NCBI RefSeq assembly: GCF_006345805.1
Contig: NC_043000.1
Span: 77,376,001 to 77,440,000, forward strand
Length of the DNA stretch: 64,000 nt
Origin: Octopus sinensis
Taxonomy: Eukaryota
Reading direction: 5' to 3'
Shown here: piece after piece, positions 46,030 to 59,589 of the stretch
Position numbering within the stretch: the stretch's first letter is position 1
How the letters are laid out: each line of letters starts with the position of its first letter
Made by a program: the position numbers and the translations under genes
The notes under the pieces: generated by a model
The model's input: only the letters and a program-made list of their open reading frames with translations
Databases searched by the model: none
Told to the model about the DNA's origin: nothing

Positions 46030-49000
46030 AACTGTATTAAACGATTCAAATGGTACTGCATAAGGAGTGGGCCCATGCAGCCATTTCATTTTCATTATAT
46101 AGTATCTTCATTTTCATTCGTTTTATGTTTTTTGTCCCCACTGTAATGTTCTGCCTGTCCTTGTCGTGTCCCCTTTGTGTTATGGCTGTAGTACCAAATA
46201 AAGGAAAGAGTTCGTGCTAGTTCCACAGTTCGTGTGTTGATAGTTCAAAGTCGGAGTTCAAAATTCACAGTTCGAGTTAGCGTGTTGGGTTCTTGGTTCT
46301 TAACAGATTGTTGTTACGTTATGTGTGGTTATTGCTGTTTGTTTCGATTATATTATTATTATACTGTTGCAGTGTATTTGCTTATCCATAAGGATATAAC
46401 ATCTGGCGACGAGGATCGTTCGAAACTCACATTGGTTATTTGACAATTTCTGCGTCATGGAAAATCTATTAGCCGCAGTAGTACCGCTTCAAGAGAAGCA
46501 ACTACAGGAGTTGCATAAACAAATACTACAAGAACAACAATTAACTGAGTTACAGTCGACGAAGTCTGAAAATCTAGGCAGCCCGTTTACGCCAAACGGC
46601 CTGGCTAACGCAATCTGAATTTACGTATAACCCAGAGGAGAGTATTATATTTCCCGCGTAATATAGAAGATACGAGAAAATTTTTAACAACGAGTGCAAG
46701 AGTGCAGGTCATGATTGAAAGAGCAGAAAGTAAAGCTTTTACTACACAAGGTTGCTCCTGCCGAACATGAACGCTATTGTAAGTTTATTCTTCCCCCAAA
46801 ATCGAGTGAGATTGTTTTCCAAGAAATCATGGAATTACTTTCAAAAGTTTTTTTGATAGAATCAACACCAGAATGAAGTGTTGTGACTTAATAAAAATTG
46901 AGGAGGAAGATTTTATTACCTACACCGGAATAGTCAACCGTATGTGCGAAAATTTCAAACACCATGATCTTACCCAGGATATCTTCAAGTCACTTACCTT
47001 CGTGCAAGAACTTACAGCACCTGAAGATAGAGAAGTTCGGGCAAGGATTCTCTCGAAAATGGAAAAGCGAACCAGGATTTATCTCTACAGACCATCGCAG
47101 AAGAATGTCAGACTATGATAAATCCTAAACAAGATGTGAAAAAAATAAAGGATTCAAATGTGTTGTCCCGGGAAGCACAATAAAAAAACGTGTCAGGCCC
47201 TAATCTGTGTTATGGTTGTAGAGGCCAACTCTGCAAAAAGGATTGTCCGTTTAAAAGAAAAAAGTTCTATAGCTATTAGAAGCTGGGGCAACGAGGCTCA
47301 AACACAAAAAGTTCTAAGGTGTTTTCAGTGGAGAGTGCTTGCGACGGAAAAGCAAGAAAATTTGTGCACGTTAAAATAAATGATGTGACTACCAAATTAC
47401 AGTTACACACAGGTAGTAACATCTCGAATATAAATGCAGATACTTAGAAAAAATTGGTAAACCGAGATTACGTAAAACAGCGAAAATAGCGCGTGGTGTA
47501 ACAGGTGATAAATTACATTTCATGGGCAAAACATGTATCGACGTCACATTTCGAGGAGAGACACGCTGAGCAAAATTATTCGTTCTGGATAATACAATCA
47601 ATCTCTTTAGTACAGATTGTTAGAACTATTCGACTTATGGCACCTCCATTTTTACTGCGATAACATAAATGGTTGTCGCGTTAAAAACAAATGTCGGAAG
47701 CCTATTTACAGATAAAAGTAAATGAAAAATGTTCAAAGTATTTGACAATAAATACACACAGAAGATTGTACAGATACACACGATTACTTCTTGGATTAAA
47801 AGTGGCCCCAGCAGTATTCCAGCAAATTATGTATACTGGGTTATCTGATTGTGAATTTGCAGTCCCGTACTTGGACGATATTTTGATCAAGAGTAATTCT
47901 CGTGAACATCATGTGGAACACAAAAGCTGTGTTTAAGAAAATTAAAGTTTTTGGGTTTTGAGTAAAGAAAAATACCAATTCTTTCTACCCTAAATTAAGT
48001 ACTTTGGGCAAATAATTGATAAAATTGGTTGACGTACTGACTCGTCGGGAGCAGGCGCAATAAGGAATATGCCTGCACCGGCAAATATTCCAACTTTACA
48101 AGCGTTTCTTGGGTTGGCAAACTATTATCAAAGCTACATTCCTAATATGCACAAGTTAAGAGCTCCATTGAACGACTCATTAAAAAAAGAAGTAAAGTGG
48201 AATTGATTCACTTTTGAAGAAATAAAAATAAATCCTAAACTCAGACTTCTCGTTAACACATTACGATCCCGAAATAAAACATCATTGTAGCGTCCGATGC
48301 TTCCGAGCACAGATTAGGTGTAGTTTTAATTCATAAATACGAAGACGGAAGTACAAAACCAGTGGTTTATGTTTCGCGCACGCTAATAGCGGCAGAGAAA
48401 ATATATAGTCAAATTGAAAATAAGGCCATTGTAATTATTTTTGCAGTTAAAAAATTTCACAGGTTTCTGCATGGCAGAAGTTATTTTTATTGCAAACAGA
48501 CCATAGACCTTTGCTTCGATTTATGTGTCTAAAAAAGGGTTAACGACTCATACTGCGAACCGCCTGCAGCGGTGAGGTGTAATATTACTAAATTATAATT
48601 TCAAAATGCAATACATTCCATCGAAAAAAATCGGTCATGCGAACTGCCTTTCGAGATTAATTCAAAAAAATATGGAACCATTAGAAGAGACTGTTGTGGC
48701 TGCACTGCAGGCAGAAAGTGAAATTAAAAGTGTTATGACGAATGTTATCCAAGAACTACCAGTGACGGCACAGGATATAAGAATGAAAGCTGTAAATGAT
48801 GAGTATATTGCGAAAATAAAAGAAGCCTTAAAAAATAAACAAAATAAAAATTGAGATGCCAGTAGCTTTTCAATTTGCGACGATATTTTGATGTATACCC
48901 AAAGAGTGGTGGTTCCAACTATATTACAAAAAGGTGTATAGCAACAATTTCACAGCGGACATCCAGGAATGGCAAGAATGAAGTCTGATGAGGACTTAGT

Positions 49001-49395
49001 TATGTCTATTGGCCGTCTATGGATCAAGATATCGAAAACTTGGTGCGAATGTGCCGAGGTTGCGCGCTCCCAGTGTAAGCCCCGCCGGTAAAATATCAAT
49101 TGTAGCTAGAGATGGAGAACCCATGGCCTAGATTACACATTGACTATGCCGGATCGGTAAACGGCGCTTACTACCTAATCGTAGTAGATAGCTTTAGTAA
49201 GTGGCTGGAGGTTTTCAGGTGCTATAGACCAACCTCTAAGACAACTATAAAGTTTTCAAACGAATTGGTTGCGTTATACGGTGTCCCTGACACGCCAGTT
49301 TCAGATAACAGAACGCAGTTCTCTGGGTATGAATTCAAGAACTTCTATAAAAGGTATGCGATAAAGCATATTTTCACTCCACCCTACCACCCGAG
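46030..49395 (+). mobile_element. Ty3/Gypsy (Mag-like) LTR retrotransposon, 3'-truncated and degenerate
   Basis: LTR ending ..ATAACA at 46401 (start uncertain, 46032 or 46142); gag from 46458; RT SEAYLQI..GLKVAPAVFQQ..YLDDILI; RNase H SDAS..YSQIE..TDHRPL; integrase PWPRLHIDYAG..VVDSFSKW..VSDN..QF..PPYHP. Confidence 0.93.
46404..46416 (+). promoter_or_regulatory. Primer-binding site, complementary to the 3' end of tRNA-Ser(GCU)
   Basis: TGGCGACGAGGAT two bases after the LTR end; matches the reverse complement of ..AUCCUCGUCG-CCA of vertebrate-type tRNA-Ser(GCU) as recalled. Confidence 0.75.
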
Positions 49396-49920
49396 GTGTA
49401 GAAATATATGAATGTGTATGTATATGTAGGTTTATGAGTATTTGTTTATATGCATGAATGTATATGTGTGCTCGTGTGTGTGTTAGTATGTCCATATGTG
49501 TGTACATACATATGCATGTATATATGTGTGCGCAGAGATGTTGAACGTGTATACGTGTGCATATGTTTATATGTGTGTGTGTGTGTGTTCGCGCGCGTGT
49601 GTTTATATGTATGTGTGTGAAGGTTTTTATGTTCGAGTGTTTATCTATGTGTGTATGCGTCTATGCTCATATGTGTGTTCTCTTATGTTGTGTATAAATG
49701 TGTGCATGCAGCAGTGCGCCTTTGCGTCTGTGTGCGTCCATCACCATCAACTGGTGTTGGGGTGCTTAAATACCCGTAACTTAACGGTTCGACAAAAGAA
49801 ACCCGATAGAATGAGTAGCAAACATATAAAAAATATGTACTGGGATCGTTTCATTCGGTTAAAAACTCTTCAAGGCAGTGCTCCACATGACCGCAGTCTA
49901 ATGACTGAAACAAGTTAAAC

Positions 49921-49958
<38 letters not shown>

Positions 49959-50128
49959 ACTACACGTGGGCCTTTGGCGATTCCTACTCCTCCTCCTTCT
50001 TAGGACTTTTCTCTTTCTCCTTTTCGATGAAGAGCTATGCACCAAACTTTACACTCTCTCCTTTCACCGAGGGTCAAACTTGTACACGTCGTCATTTCTT
50101 TTTTCATTTCTATCCTTTTATTTGAATT

Positions 50129-50245
<117 letters not shown>

Positions 50246-51113
50246 ATAAAGTGAATAAAAGAAAATGGAGAAGAAAAATTAAAAAAGAGGCTTGGTTCAT
50301 TTTATTTGTATTACAATTGTAAAAGTAATGCAAATAAAAAGATATGCATATAAGAACAGGTATAAAAGGAACCGCATCAACAAAATAACCCCCAAATATC
50401 CCAAAATATATTCCACATATGTTTCAATATAACAATATTTTAGAATCAACGTAATAAGCGGAATATTGTTAGATCTCTTCAGGAAAAATAAGTATATTTT
50501 AGTCTTGAGTTACGAAATGACTTACTTGAAGACTATATATAGGAATTTTCAAATGTAAACAAACACGTGTTTGTTTACATTTGAAAATTCCGAAACATAG
50601 TCCTCGAAACATACAGTTTATGGGAAAGAATGCTTGAATGAAAGAACTTGCAGAAGATGGTTTGCAAAATTTAGAAGTGGCCATTTCAGTCCTGTTTTTA
50701 CTGTTTTGTTCTCACTCTCCTGTTCTTGTTACCACTTTCCCCCTCCGCAGAAAATCCCAAATTTTATTTAATTTGCTTTGCAGGAAGGATTGTTTGAACG
50801 AAGTCGTGTATTGTCCTTGCCTTCGAACTCGGAGTAGATGAAACAGGGACAACTGAAGAAGGGGAATATTCTTTTTGTTGCATGTCTCGTTTATCTGTCT
50901 GTTTTTTTCGTTGTTCCAAAAAAAGTTCGTTTCTATGTTTTTGTTTTTATGTTTTCGTTTCTCATTGTGCTCAACATTTTTTTTAATGTCCTGTACCCAC
51001 ATATGCATGTATATATGTAGGTATGTACATATACGTATGTATATATGCATATATTTATATATTATTTATATTATTATATGATCGAACGCCACGCATCCTT
51101 TTCCAAGTAAGTT

Positions 51114-51153
<40 letters not shown>

Positions 51154-51154
51154 A

Positions 51155-51263
<109 letters not shown>

Positions 51264-51272
51264 GTATATGTT

Positions 51273-51645
51273 AAGTATACTAGCCATCTCAATATGGCTA
51301 ACCACTAAGAGTGGGTGTTACTGAAGCTTTTAGCCCCATGAGATCATCGTCTCCAGCTGGCTTTAGACACACTTTCTGTGCCCTCATGATATTCGCAAAG
51401 GGAGGTCATCCCCTCTCGTAAACCTAAGTGATACGCGAGGACTATAGTTTCGAGTCCGTGACGAGAGGTAAAAACCTCGAAACTATAGTCCGCGCGTATC
51501 ATTTAGGTTTACGAGAGGGGATGACCTCCCTTTGCGAATATCATAAGGGCACAGAAAGTGTGTCTAAAGCCAGCTGGAGACGATGATCTCCTGGGGCTAA
51601 AAGCTTCCCTTAGTGGTTAGCCATATTGAGATGGCTAGTATACTT
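51273..51645. mobile_element. Foldback/MITE-like palindrome (~170-bp arms, ~25-bp loop)
   Basis: aagtatactagccatctcaatatggctaaccactaag..ggactatagtttcgag pairs with ctcgaaactatagtcc..cttagtggttagccatattgagatggctagtatactt. Confidence 0.92.
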
Positions 51646-51719
51646 TACGTTGTCGAGCGGTTACTGTTTACATCTCGTTCAGAGATTTATTATTGCTTAT
51701 ATGTATATGTATATATATA

Positions 51720-52025
51720 TCCACTCATATATATGCATACACCTGTTATATATCGATGGTTCCATTTGATCCGATCAACGGAACAGACTGCTCTTGAAAT
51801 TAACGTGCAAGTGACTGAGCACTCCTCAGACACACGTAACTCTCCATGTAGTTCTCAGGGAGATTCAGCGTGTCACAGAATGTGATAAAGCGGACTCTTT
51901 AAATTACAGGTACTACTCATTTTTGCTAGCTGAATAAATTAGAGCAACGTGAAGTAAAGTGACTCCTTCAAGGATACGCACCGCAGGGAATCGAACTCAC
52001 GACCTTATGATCGTCAGCCAACAGA
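51720..52025 (-). mobile_element. tRNA-derived SINE, antisense
   Basis: gggaatcgaactcacgacctta (antisense B-box-like head), ctcatttttgctagctga..agagcaacgtgaagtaaagtg..tcaagga. Confidence 0.75.
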
Positions 52026-53142
52026 ACTATATATATATATATATATACACTTCTGTTGTGCGAGGTTATAGGCTACAATGTATATATGTATGACAGGTAC
52101 TTAAGATAATTTCAGCTTATATTTCAGTATGGCAAGGATGTGATGCTTGTGTGTGTGTGTGTGCGTGTGTGTATGTGTGTGCGTGTGTGCGCGGGCACTT
52201 CCATGTACGTGTGAGTGCGCGCATATGTGATAAGCTATACGTATGTATTTTTTCATATGAATGTTTGTGTATGTGTAAGTGTCAGCCGTGTAGAATGTGT
52301 CTGTATTTGTGTATTTGTGCATGTGTATGCATACATTTATGCGCTTGAGCAAGTGTAGTTGTAATCACATATCTATATGTATACGTATGTATTTATACTT
52401 ATGCGTGTTGTTCTTTTTTGTGTATGTGTCAATACGTGTTTATATACGTACATGTATACATACGTACATAGATACATACATGCATATGTATATATATATA
52501 CGCACACACACATACTTATATATATATATGTGTGTGTGCATTTAGTTTTGTAAATGTATATAAGGGTTTTTGAGTATGTATTCGTAAGTATGTGGATATG
52601 TTTATGGTGAAGATAGCAGTGACGGAGAATCTCTTATTATAAAAGGCAGATTTTATCTGCCTCCCTTTGTCAGTTATAGAAATCTACAATATAGGATTTC
52701 TTCAATTACAATTTACCTAGCATTTTTAAGAGTAGAATGCATCGAGTCATGCCAGGTCCAGTTTTTAAAATTTAAACTCCAATTAAGCAAAATTTACAGA
52801 AAACTCACATTCTGGTGTGTATGTCAAATGCTTTTCTTAATGCTTTTCTTACACAACACGCACACGCACACACACAGTGTGCAACGAATAAAATGAAAGT
52901 AATTCACTGTGTGTGTGTTGACAGGTAGACAATAGAATGCGATGGCGATGGCGATGGCGATGTAATATTTGTTTCTGTCTATCACGCTGATAGATACATG
53001 AGTAAAATGTATGGCAAGCTAAGAGATAAGAGTGAGTGAAAATGTTCTTGGAAGAGAGTAAATAGCGAGAGTGATTTGAGGAAGACTTTACATTAAATAA
53101 CCGTAGTGGCTTGTATATATATATATATATATATATACATAC

Positions 53143-53410
53143 ATAAGACAGTAAGGTGTGATTTGAGGGAGATTTGGCTGCTATTTCTACCATGTCTAGC
53201 TGCCATGTAGGGGTCTCCCTCATAGGCTCATACATACATATATACATAGATAAGACAGTAAGGTGTGATTTGGGGGAAATTTGGCTGCTATTTCTACCAG
53301 GTCTAGCTACCATGTAGAGGTCCCCCTCATTGGCTCATATATATATATACATACATAAGACAGTAAGGTGTGATTTGAGGGAGATTTGGCTGCTGTTTCT
53401 ACCAGGTCTG
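53143..53410. repeat. Three tandem ~106-bp copies of a SINE-derived segment
   Basis: ataagacagtaaggtgtgatttg(a/g)ggga(g/a)atttggctgct at 53143, 53250 and 53355. Confidence 0.92.
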
Positions 53411-53469
53411 TTAGGTCTTCTCATGTAAACTCAAGCTTTCTCATGCCTTGAACATAAGACCAAAGCAGA

Positions 53470-53700
53470 GAATGTATTCTTTTATTCTTCTGCTTTTTCC
53501 AGCCATTGGTCTGTGGCCATGCTGGGGCAATGCCTTGAAGAATTGTAGTTTAATGAATCAACTCCAGTTTTATTTTTGTAAGCATTGTACTTATTCTATA
53601 TGTTTCCTTTGTCAAACCACTAGGTGACAGGGATGTAAACAAACCAACATTCGTTGTCAAGCAGTGGTGGAGGACAATCACAAGCACAGACACGCACACA
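53470..53700 (-). mobile_element. SINE 3' part, antisense
   Basis: gtggccatgctggggcaatgccttgaag..gtacttattctat..gggatgtaaacaaaccaacattcgttgtcaagc. Confidence 0.75.
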
Positions 53701-53777
53701 CACACACATACATGCATACACATATACACACATACATACATACATACATATATATATATATGTGTGTATATATATAT

Positions 53778-54034
53778 TGCAGCGTGGAAGGTGTTTGTAA
53801 GCCATTTAAGAAACACACAAAAACCGTTAGATTCACTTCAACATCTAAATTTAATTTGCCAAAATATTTTCCTCGCTTTGAGACCGCGACCTGTTCACTG
53901 ACAAAAATATCGTGCTAACAGGTCGCGGTCTCAAAGCGACGAAAATATTTTGACAAATTAAATTTAAATGTTGAAGTGAATCTAACGGTTTTTGTGTGTT
54001 TCTTAAATGGCTTATAAACACCTTCAACACTGCA
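53778..54034. mobile_element. MITE/foldback element (~117-bp arms, ~22-bp loop)
   Basis: gaaggtgtttgtaagccatttaagaaacacacaaaaaccgttag..ctttgagaccgcgacctgtt versus its reverse complement. Confidence 0.92.
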
Positions 54035-54197
54035 ACTGTTTTCGTTCCAGCACACGATCTCAGATCAAGTCACTTGCTATGCAAGTACATCTCTGTAACT
54101 ATATATATATTTATATATATATATATATGTATATTGGTAAAAACAGTAAGATAACAAAAGAAAGAAAGAGACCTCAATATTATGTAAATAGAGGAAA

Positions 54198-54590
54198 TCT
54201 TTATATATAAAAGTGAGGTTGTGTGTCTGTCTCCTACGATTTAGATTCCTAACTACTCCCACATTTTGCGGTGCAGTTTAACCAAAACCGGGTATCTTAT
54301 AGTCGTGATTCATATCGAGACCGTCTGGGTATTAGCGCGCGTCTACGATGAGTCTACGATTTAAAAAAAAATTATCATCAATTTTCCCATTTTTAATCCA
54401 TTTTTGACATATATAAGGGAAGTAACTCTCTAAAATTTATTATTAAATCTCAGAACGTAAAAAGCTACAGTAACACCCCTCCCCCTTTGTGGTTAGCCAT
54501 ATTGAGATGGCTATTATACTTTACATCTCTAAAAATGCTTATATAATTATTTCCCTTACAAACCCGAGCAACGCCGGGCGATACTGCTAG
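54198..54590 (+). mobile_element. Complete non-autonomous Helitron (393 bp)
   Basis: Inserted between A and T; starts TC, ends with hairpin cccgagcaacgccggg followed by CTAG. Confidence 0.88.
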
Positions 54591-55089
54591 TATTAAATAT
54601 TTAATGAGATTACAAACTAAGAATTAGCATGAATCTTTTTAATAATAATGAAATGTTTATACGAACCCTAACCACAATGCTAATATCCTTGTTTTCTCCT
54701 CTCTCAGTCGACTAAGGAGAAAGCCTCTTTAGGTTTGCTAGAAATGGAAGGAATGGCAAAAGACATCAACTTTCATAGCAAGTATCTAAACTGGTGTACG
54801 ACTAGATAGCTCCCCAGTTCATTGGTAATCCATAACCCTAAAACTAATTATAAGGATTCACAACGATCCAAAATCGGTTCTTTTATGCGGTCGATATATT
54901 TGCTAGAAATATATATATGCGCTTCAGTAACTGTTGACAAATGATATGTATGTAAATAAGTATATGTCTATTTATTCGTTCATACAAATATGTGTTCGTA
55001 CCTTTTACATTTTCAAAACATTTTCTTTCTGTTTCTCTCCCTTATTTTTCTCTCTTCACATTTCCTCTCATCTCCCTCTTTCCATCTCC

Positions 55090-55600
55090 CATCCAAGGTA
55101 ACCCATTTATGTCAAGGCTGATGATGCTTTTCCGCAGCTCGTGTTTTCTTTGATTGGGTACCTGTTGACCTGGTATATTTTTGCTATGGAAACATTCAGT
55201 AAAGAGTTAGAGGAAGGAATGAGTAACTATACGCCGGAGGAGAATCTGGTCGTCGACGGAGACCAACTGCATGGGTTTGTTTTAGTCAACTTTCAGGTGA
55301 ACCCTATGAATAACTTTTCCAAAACCCTGGCCTTGAAGTGCTTCCGGAGGGCACTACCTGTTCGGTATAAGCTTGATAGATACTGGAATACCGCAAGTCA
55401 ACCCTATTTTAGACAACAACTGTTGTCGACATGCTCCTTCATGCTCCCAACATGGCTGATACCATGAACGCCTGTGTAGGATGAATGTGGCTGGCCTCAA
55501 GTAGGTCAGCTCCCACGCCCCTCTATTGTATGAAGTTGCATACATCTGCCTTAAGGATATAGTCAAAAGGTGCACAGAATACACGGGTAAAAGGCTTCGG
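55090..55600 (+). mobile_element. Old Tx1-like ORF2 3' fragment related to element C
   Basis: NNFSKTLALKCFRRALPVRYKLDR aligns with DNFQKSLAWQCYRGALPVRDKLAR of element C. Confidence 0.8.
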
Positions 55601-55924
55601 AACAGACTTCTTTCTGTCCCATTAGCCCCTCATTAACTTTTTAAGTAATATTTGCAGCAAAATGTGAGCGTGGAGAAAAAGGTGCTGCCCTAAATCAAAT
55701 TTAATGGCGGCACGTAGCAAAAGTAGTACAAGAGAGAGAGAGTCGAGTCATAATTTCTACCTGTTCGTCTTTTGGAGCAGAAGAGAATGGAGTCAATGGT
55801 GGTTTTCCCCCATTGGACTTAGGAACCTCTCTTTAAGTTTTATCATCATCATTGTCTATATTTTCGCTTACAGTTCCCAATGCACTAATTATTATGGGCA
55901 CAACGTTTACAATTTTCATACTTC

Positions 55925-56104
55925 AAATTCTTGCATTATTATTATTTATGGATTTTTCTTCTTCTTTCAAATTTGCTTCCATTTCTTGCCGAGTGTCTTC
56001 CCGACTCCTAGGGCAAAGAAACTCATAGTATACATTGGTAGGCCATTAAACTAAACTCACTAGTTCGTTCATTTTTTTTTGATAGTAATAAAGTTAAATT
56101 AAAA
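55925..56104 (-). mobile_element. 3' UTR-only copy of the R4/Dong-like LINE at 62288-64000
   Basis: ~150 bp nearly identical to 62318-62470 (cttgccgagtgtcttcccgactcctagggcaaagaaactcatagtatacattgg). Confidence 0.88.
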
Positions 56105-56165
<61 letters not shown>

Positions 56166-56190
56166 GTTATTGTTGTTGTTGTTGTTATTC
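56105..56190. repeat. (TTA)n/(TTG)n tract, tail of the adjacent minus-strand LINE
   Basis: Direct reading. Confidence 0.95.
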
Positions 56191-59100
56191 CTTCGTAACA
56201 CAGTGTAGATAAAAATACACCGGAGTCTTTAGTCATCTGTCAAGTCACAACAAGGATATCAGGCAGAAAATACTTTCCTTAGATGTGCGCTGTGCCCAAT
56301 AAGGCTGCTTTCTGCAAGACATCAATCTTCCATGGGATTCCTATTTGCCTTAAGAGGTCTTGAAGTTTCAATGGGATTGAGCCCAACGCTCCGATCACCA
56401 CTGGTATCATGTTTACATTACACTCTCGCATTCCATAGTCTTGCCATTTCCACTTTCAATTCGGAGTAATTGGTGAGTTTTCCAACCTCTTTTCTCACAA
56501 CATTCAAGTCATTTGGTATGGCTACATCAATGATCTGACAGTATTCAATATGACAATAAAATACCGACGGTGTTCGATTACACTATCCGTCTGAAACTCA
56601 TAGTCCCATAGTATCGTTACTTTCCCATCCTCCTGCATAACTTTACTTGGTACATGCTCTTACCAGTTCTATGTTACTTCATATTGGAATTTACGGTATA
56701 AGAGCTAATGATGATACACACACACTTTATCATGGTGGCGCTTGTATTCTTTTTGCGCCAGGATCTCACATCCACTTACCAAGTAGGTCTCTTTTTCCTC
56801 ACCCTTTCCACAGAGTCTGCATTTCTGGGTGTCAGAAGTTTTATACATGTTATTCTTCACTAAATTGGTAGAGAGAATCTGGTCTTGCGCAGCAATCATC
56901 AGGCTTTCGGTTCAAATCACGTTGCTCAAGCCATGCCCGTGATGCTGTATTATCCTTAACATCCTGTCTCATTTGCATTCTCAGTTCAAGAAGGTCTTCT
57001 TTTCTCTTCTCTTCCGCTCTTTGGTTAAACTCTACCTTGCCCATCATTTCATCTGCACTTACACTATTTATCAAATAGTCGGCAAGCGTTCTCTTTCACT
57101 CTTTATACAATGGTCTATACTAATTAGTCATCTGCCACCATTCTTTCTTTTCATATGCAGTCTGTTTACGTTTGCTTTAGGGCGTAGCGCTCTATGCAGC
57201 GTCATCAATTTTCTCGTCCTATCTAGTATTGATATTTCCTCCGTAGTCCACTTGAAGATGGACGCACTATACCTGACCACCGCTACTGCTCAGATATTCA
57301 TTGCAGTAATCAAATTTTTGGCATTCAGTTTGGATTTCATCACCATTTCAACCTTTTTTGGTACGCCTCGCTGACTTTGACTTTCATTTCTCTGTGTAGA
57401 ATGTCATCCAGCTCCAAAATCCCTAAATATCTATATTCACTACCGTCGGGTTCACCCATGGCCTCTCTTGATGGTAACTGCGATACTCTGTTTCCTTTCC
57501 TCTTTTCATATTAAGTACTGAGAATTTGGTACTCCCAAATTCCATACCGATGTCCCTACTACACATCTGGACTGTTTTGGTTAAGGAATCTATCTGTTTT
57601 TCGGATTTCCCAAGCAATTTTAGTTCATCCATAACCTGAAGATGGTTCAATGATAGGCTTTTCTTCTTACATCAGTAACCCATCTTGACTTCCCTATGTG
57701 TCATTGTTATGGGTATTAGTGCAATTACAAATAGTAGAGGAGAAAAGAGGTCATCTTGGAAGATGCCCCTTTTAATATTAACTTCTCCAAGGAATACATT
57801 ACTTGAGTACAATTTGGTTTTCCACTCTTTCATTGTGATATTGTCGTCAGCAACACCAAACATCTGCAGGCAGGCTTTCAACGATCCAAAAATGAGGCAT
57901 CATATTTTATGCCTTTTTAAAGTCAAAGCAAGTGATAGACATATTTGTATGATGTTTTTTTTTTTACAATGCCTCAAAACTGTTTTATCGATGACCAGAT
58001 GATCCATGGTACCCTGAGAACCCTTCCTACATCCTTTTTGTTCCATTGGCAGTATTTCCTCTTGTGCCAGGAAAGTATGTCTTTGCCGCACATATTCCAG
58101 TGAGTATCTTCTAGATTATGTTTAGGCATGCTATGGGATGGTAATTTTCCACAATATTCCTCTTTCTTCAATCTTTCATTATAAGTGTTGTCCTCCCAGT
58201 CACCATCCACGCGGGGACTGTACCTTTCTGGACACACTCATTCAATTGGGCTGTTAGTCTTTCATGCACCGCGTGGCATCTCTTCAGCCAAAAACCATAA
58301 TTCCCATCTGGTCCGGAGACTTTCCAGTTAGGCACTTTACCCACATTTGTTCTTTCACGTCAATCGTACTTATGACAATATTCCTTTGTTTCTTTCCTCC
58401 TTGTAATTCTATAGTCCCTATCTATATTGCATCCCTTTTATACACCACATTGTTTCTCCATAATCCGCTCCAGAACTTCTTGGCTTGATTTGCATTAGGA
58501 GCAACATTTTCCCCATTGTCTCCTTCTAACGTTCGGAAGAATTGCTTCGGGTTATTTTTGAACAATCTGTTCTCGAACTGCTTATTTCTGTTCACAAAAT
58601 GTTCCTAGATCTTGCCTTGCTCGCATTATGTCCCTTTCAATGCGTCGTTTCCACCATGGTTGTTTTGCTCCACCAATTTTTTGTTCTCTTAAGTTGTAAT
58701 TTCAACAAGCAGTGCAATAGCTCAGAGACGATTCCTTGTTTGTGTTACGTCCTCCATCTATATGTATGGCATGACAGTGTTTATCTTTTGTGCTACTTTA
58801 TTTATCATATTCATGGGAATTTTTTTCTTCTGGTGCATTCATCAAGTCGGTGAGTCGTCTTTGAATTTCAAGTAAATCATTATCTAGTTGGTTCATTTCC
58901 CCTGCATATCCGCCCACCACAATACCAGTGTTCACTGTATAACATTTCTGTTCCTCATCCTTAACAGCCCCATCACCATTTCCCTGATGTTCCTGTGTAC
59001 TCTTCTCCCTGCTTTCAACTCCTACCTCTCTATTTTCAACTTTGATTATTCTTTGTACCCCTTCCGCAGGGTCTCTCAGACCCTCACTAATCCGAGATAT

Positions 59101-59455
59101 TTCTACTCCAATTAAGTAACCCTTCCTCCTAATCACTCTCACTTGGTTCATTAGCATATTTTTTGACATTGGACACATGTCCTTTTCTATCCAAAATTTC
59201 AAGGTACGTCGGTCTACTCCACAACTTCTTTCCAGCTTTGCTCTTTCAAGACATTTAATAAGTGTATCGTACTTTTCCTTCGTCCGCTTATGACTGTTTC
59301 TGCGCACACCGTGTACGTGATCTGTTGTGACATAACGACCGTCTGAGGCCAGATCACTGTTCCTGATGCGGGCAATTTTGGACTTGCCGGGCGGGAAACC
59401 TTCACCATGATCGCCTATAGTTCCATTCTCGCCGTTAATTCTTTCATTGTTATTG
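56190..59455 (-). mobile_element. R4/Dong-like LINE, near full length, degenerate
   Basis: N-terminal LMNQVRVIRRKG; EQKGCRKG; GIFQDDLFSPLLF; MDELKL; CRLCGK..YKRHHD; IIDVAIP; LQKAALLGTAHI. Confidence 0.88.
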
Positions 59456-59459
59456 TTGC

Positions 59460-59462
59460 TGT

Positions 59463-59528
<66 letters not shown>

Positions 59529-59544
59529 CACCACCACCACCACC

Positions 59545-59586
<42 letters not shown>
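59460..59586. repeat. Compound (TAC)n-(CAC)n-(TAC)n microsatellite
   Basis: Direct reading. Confidence 0.97.
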
Positions 59587-59587
<1 letters not shown>

Positions 59588-59589
59588 TG

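Noticed and set aside
46155-46205. cttgtcgtgtcccctttgtg..aaataaagg, loosely like the Tx1 3' terminus
   Set aside because: Short, low-complexity match inside the Gypsy LTR; the conserved hairpin and junction motif are absent
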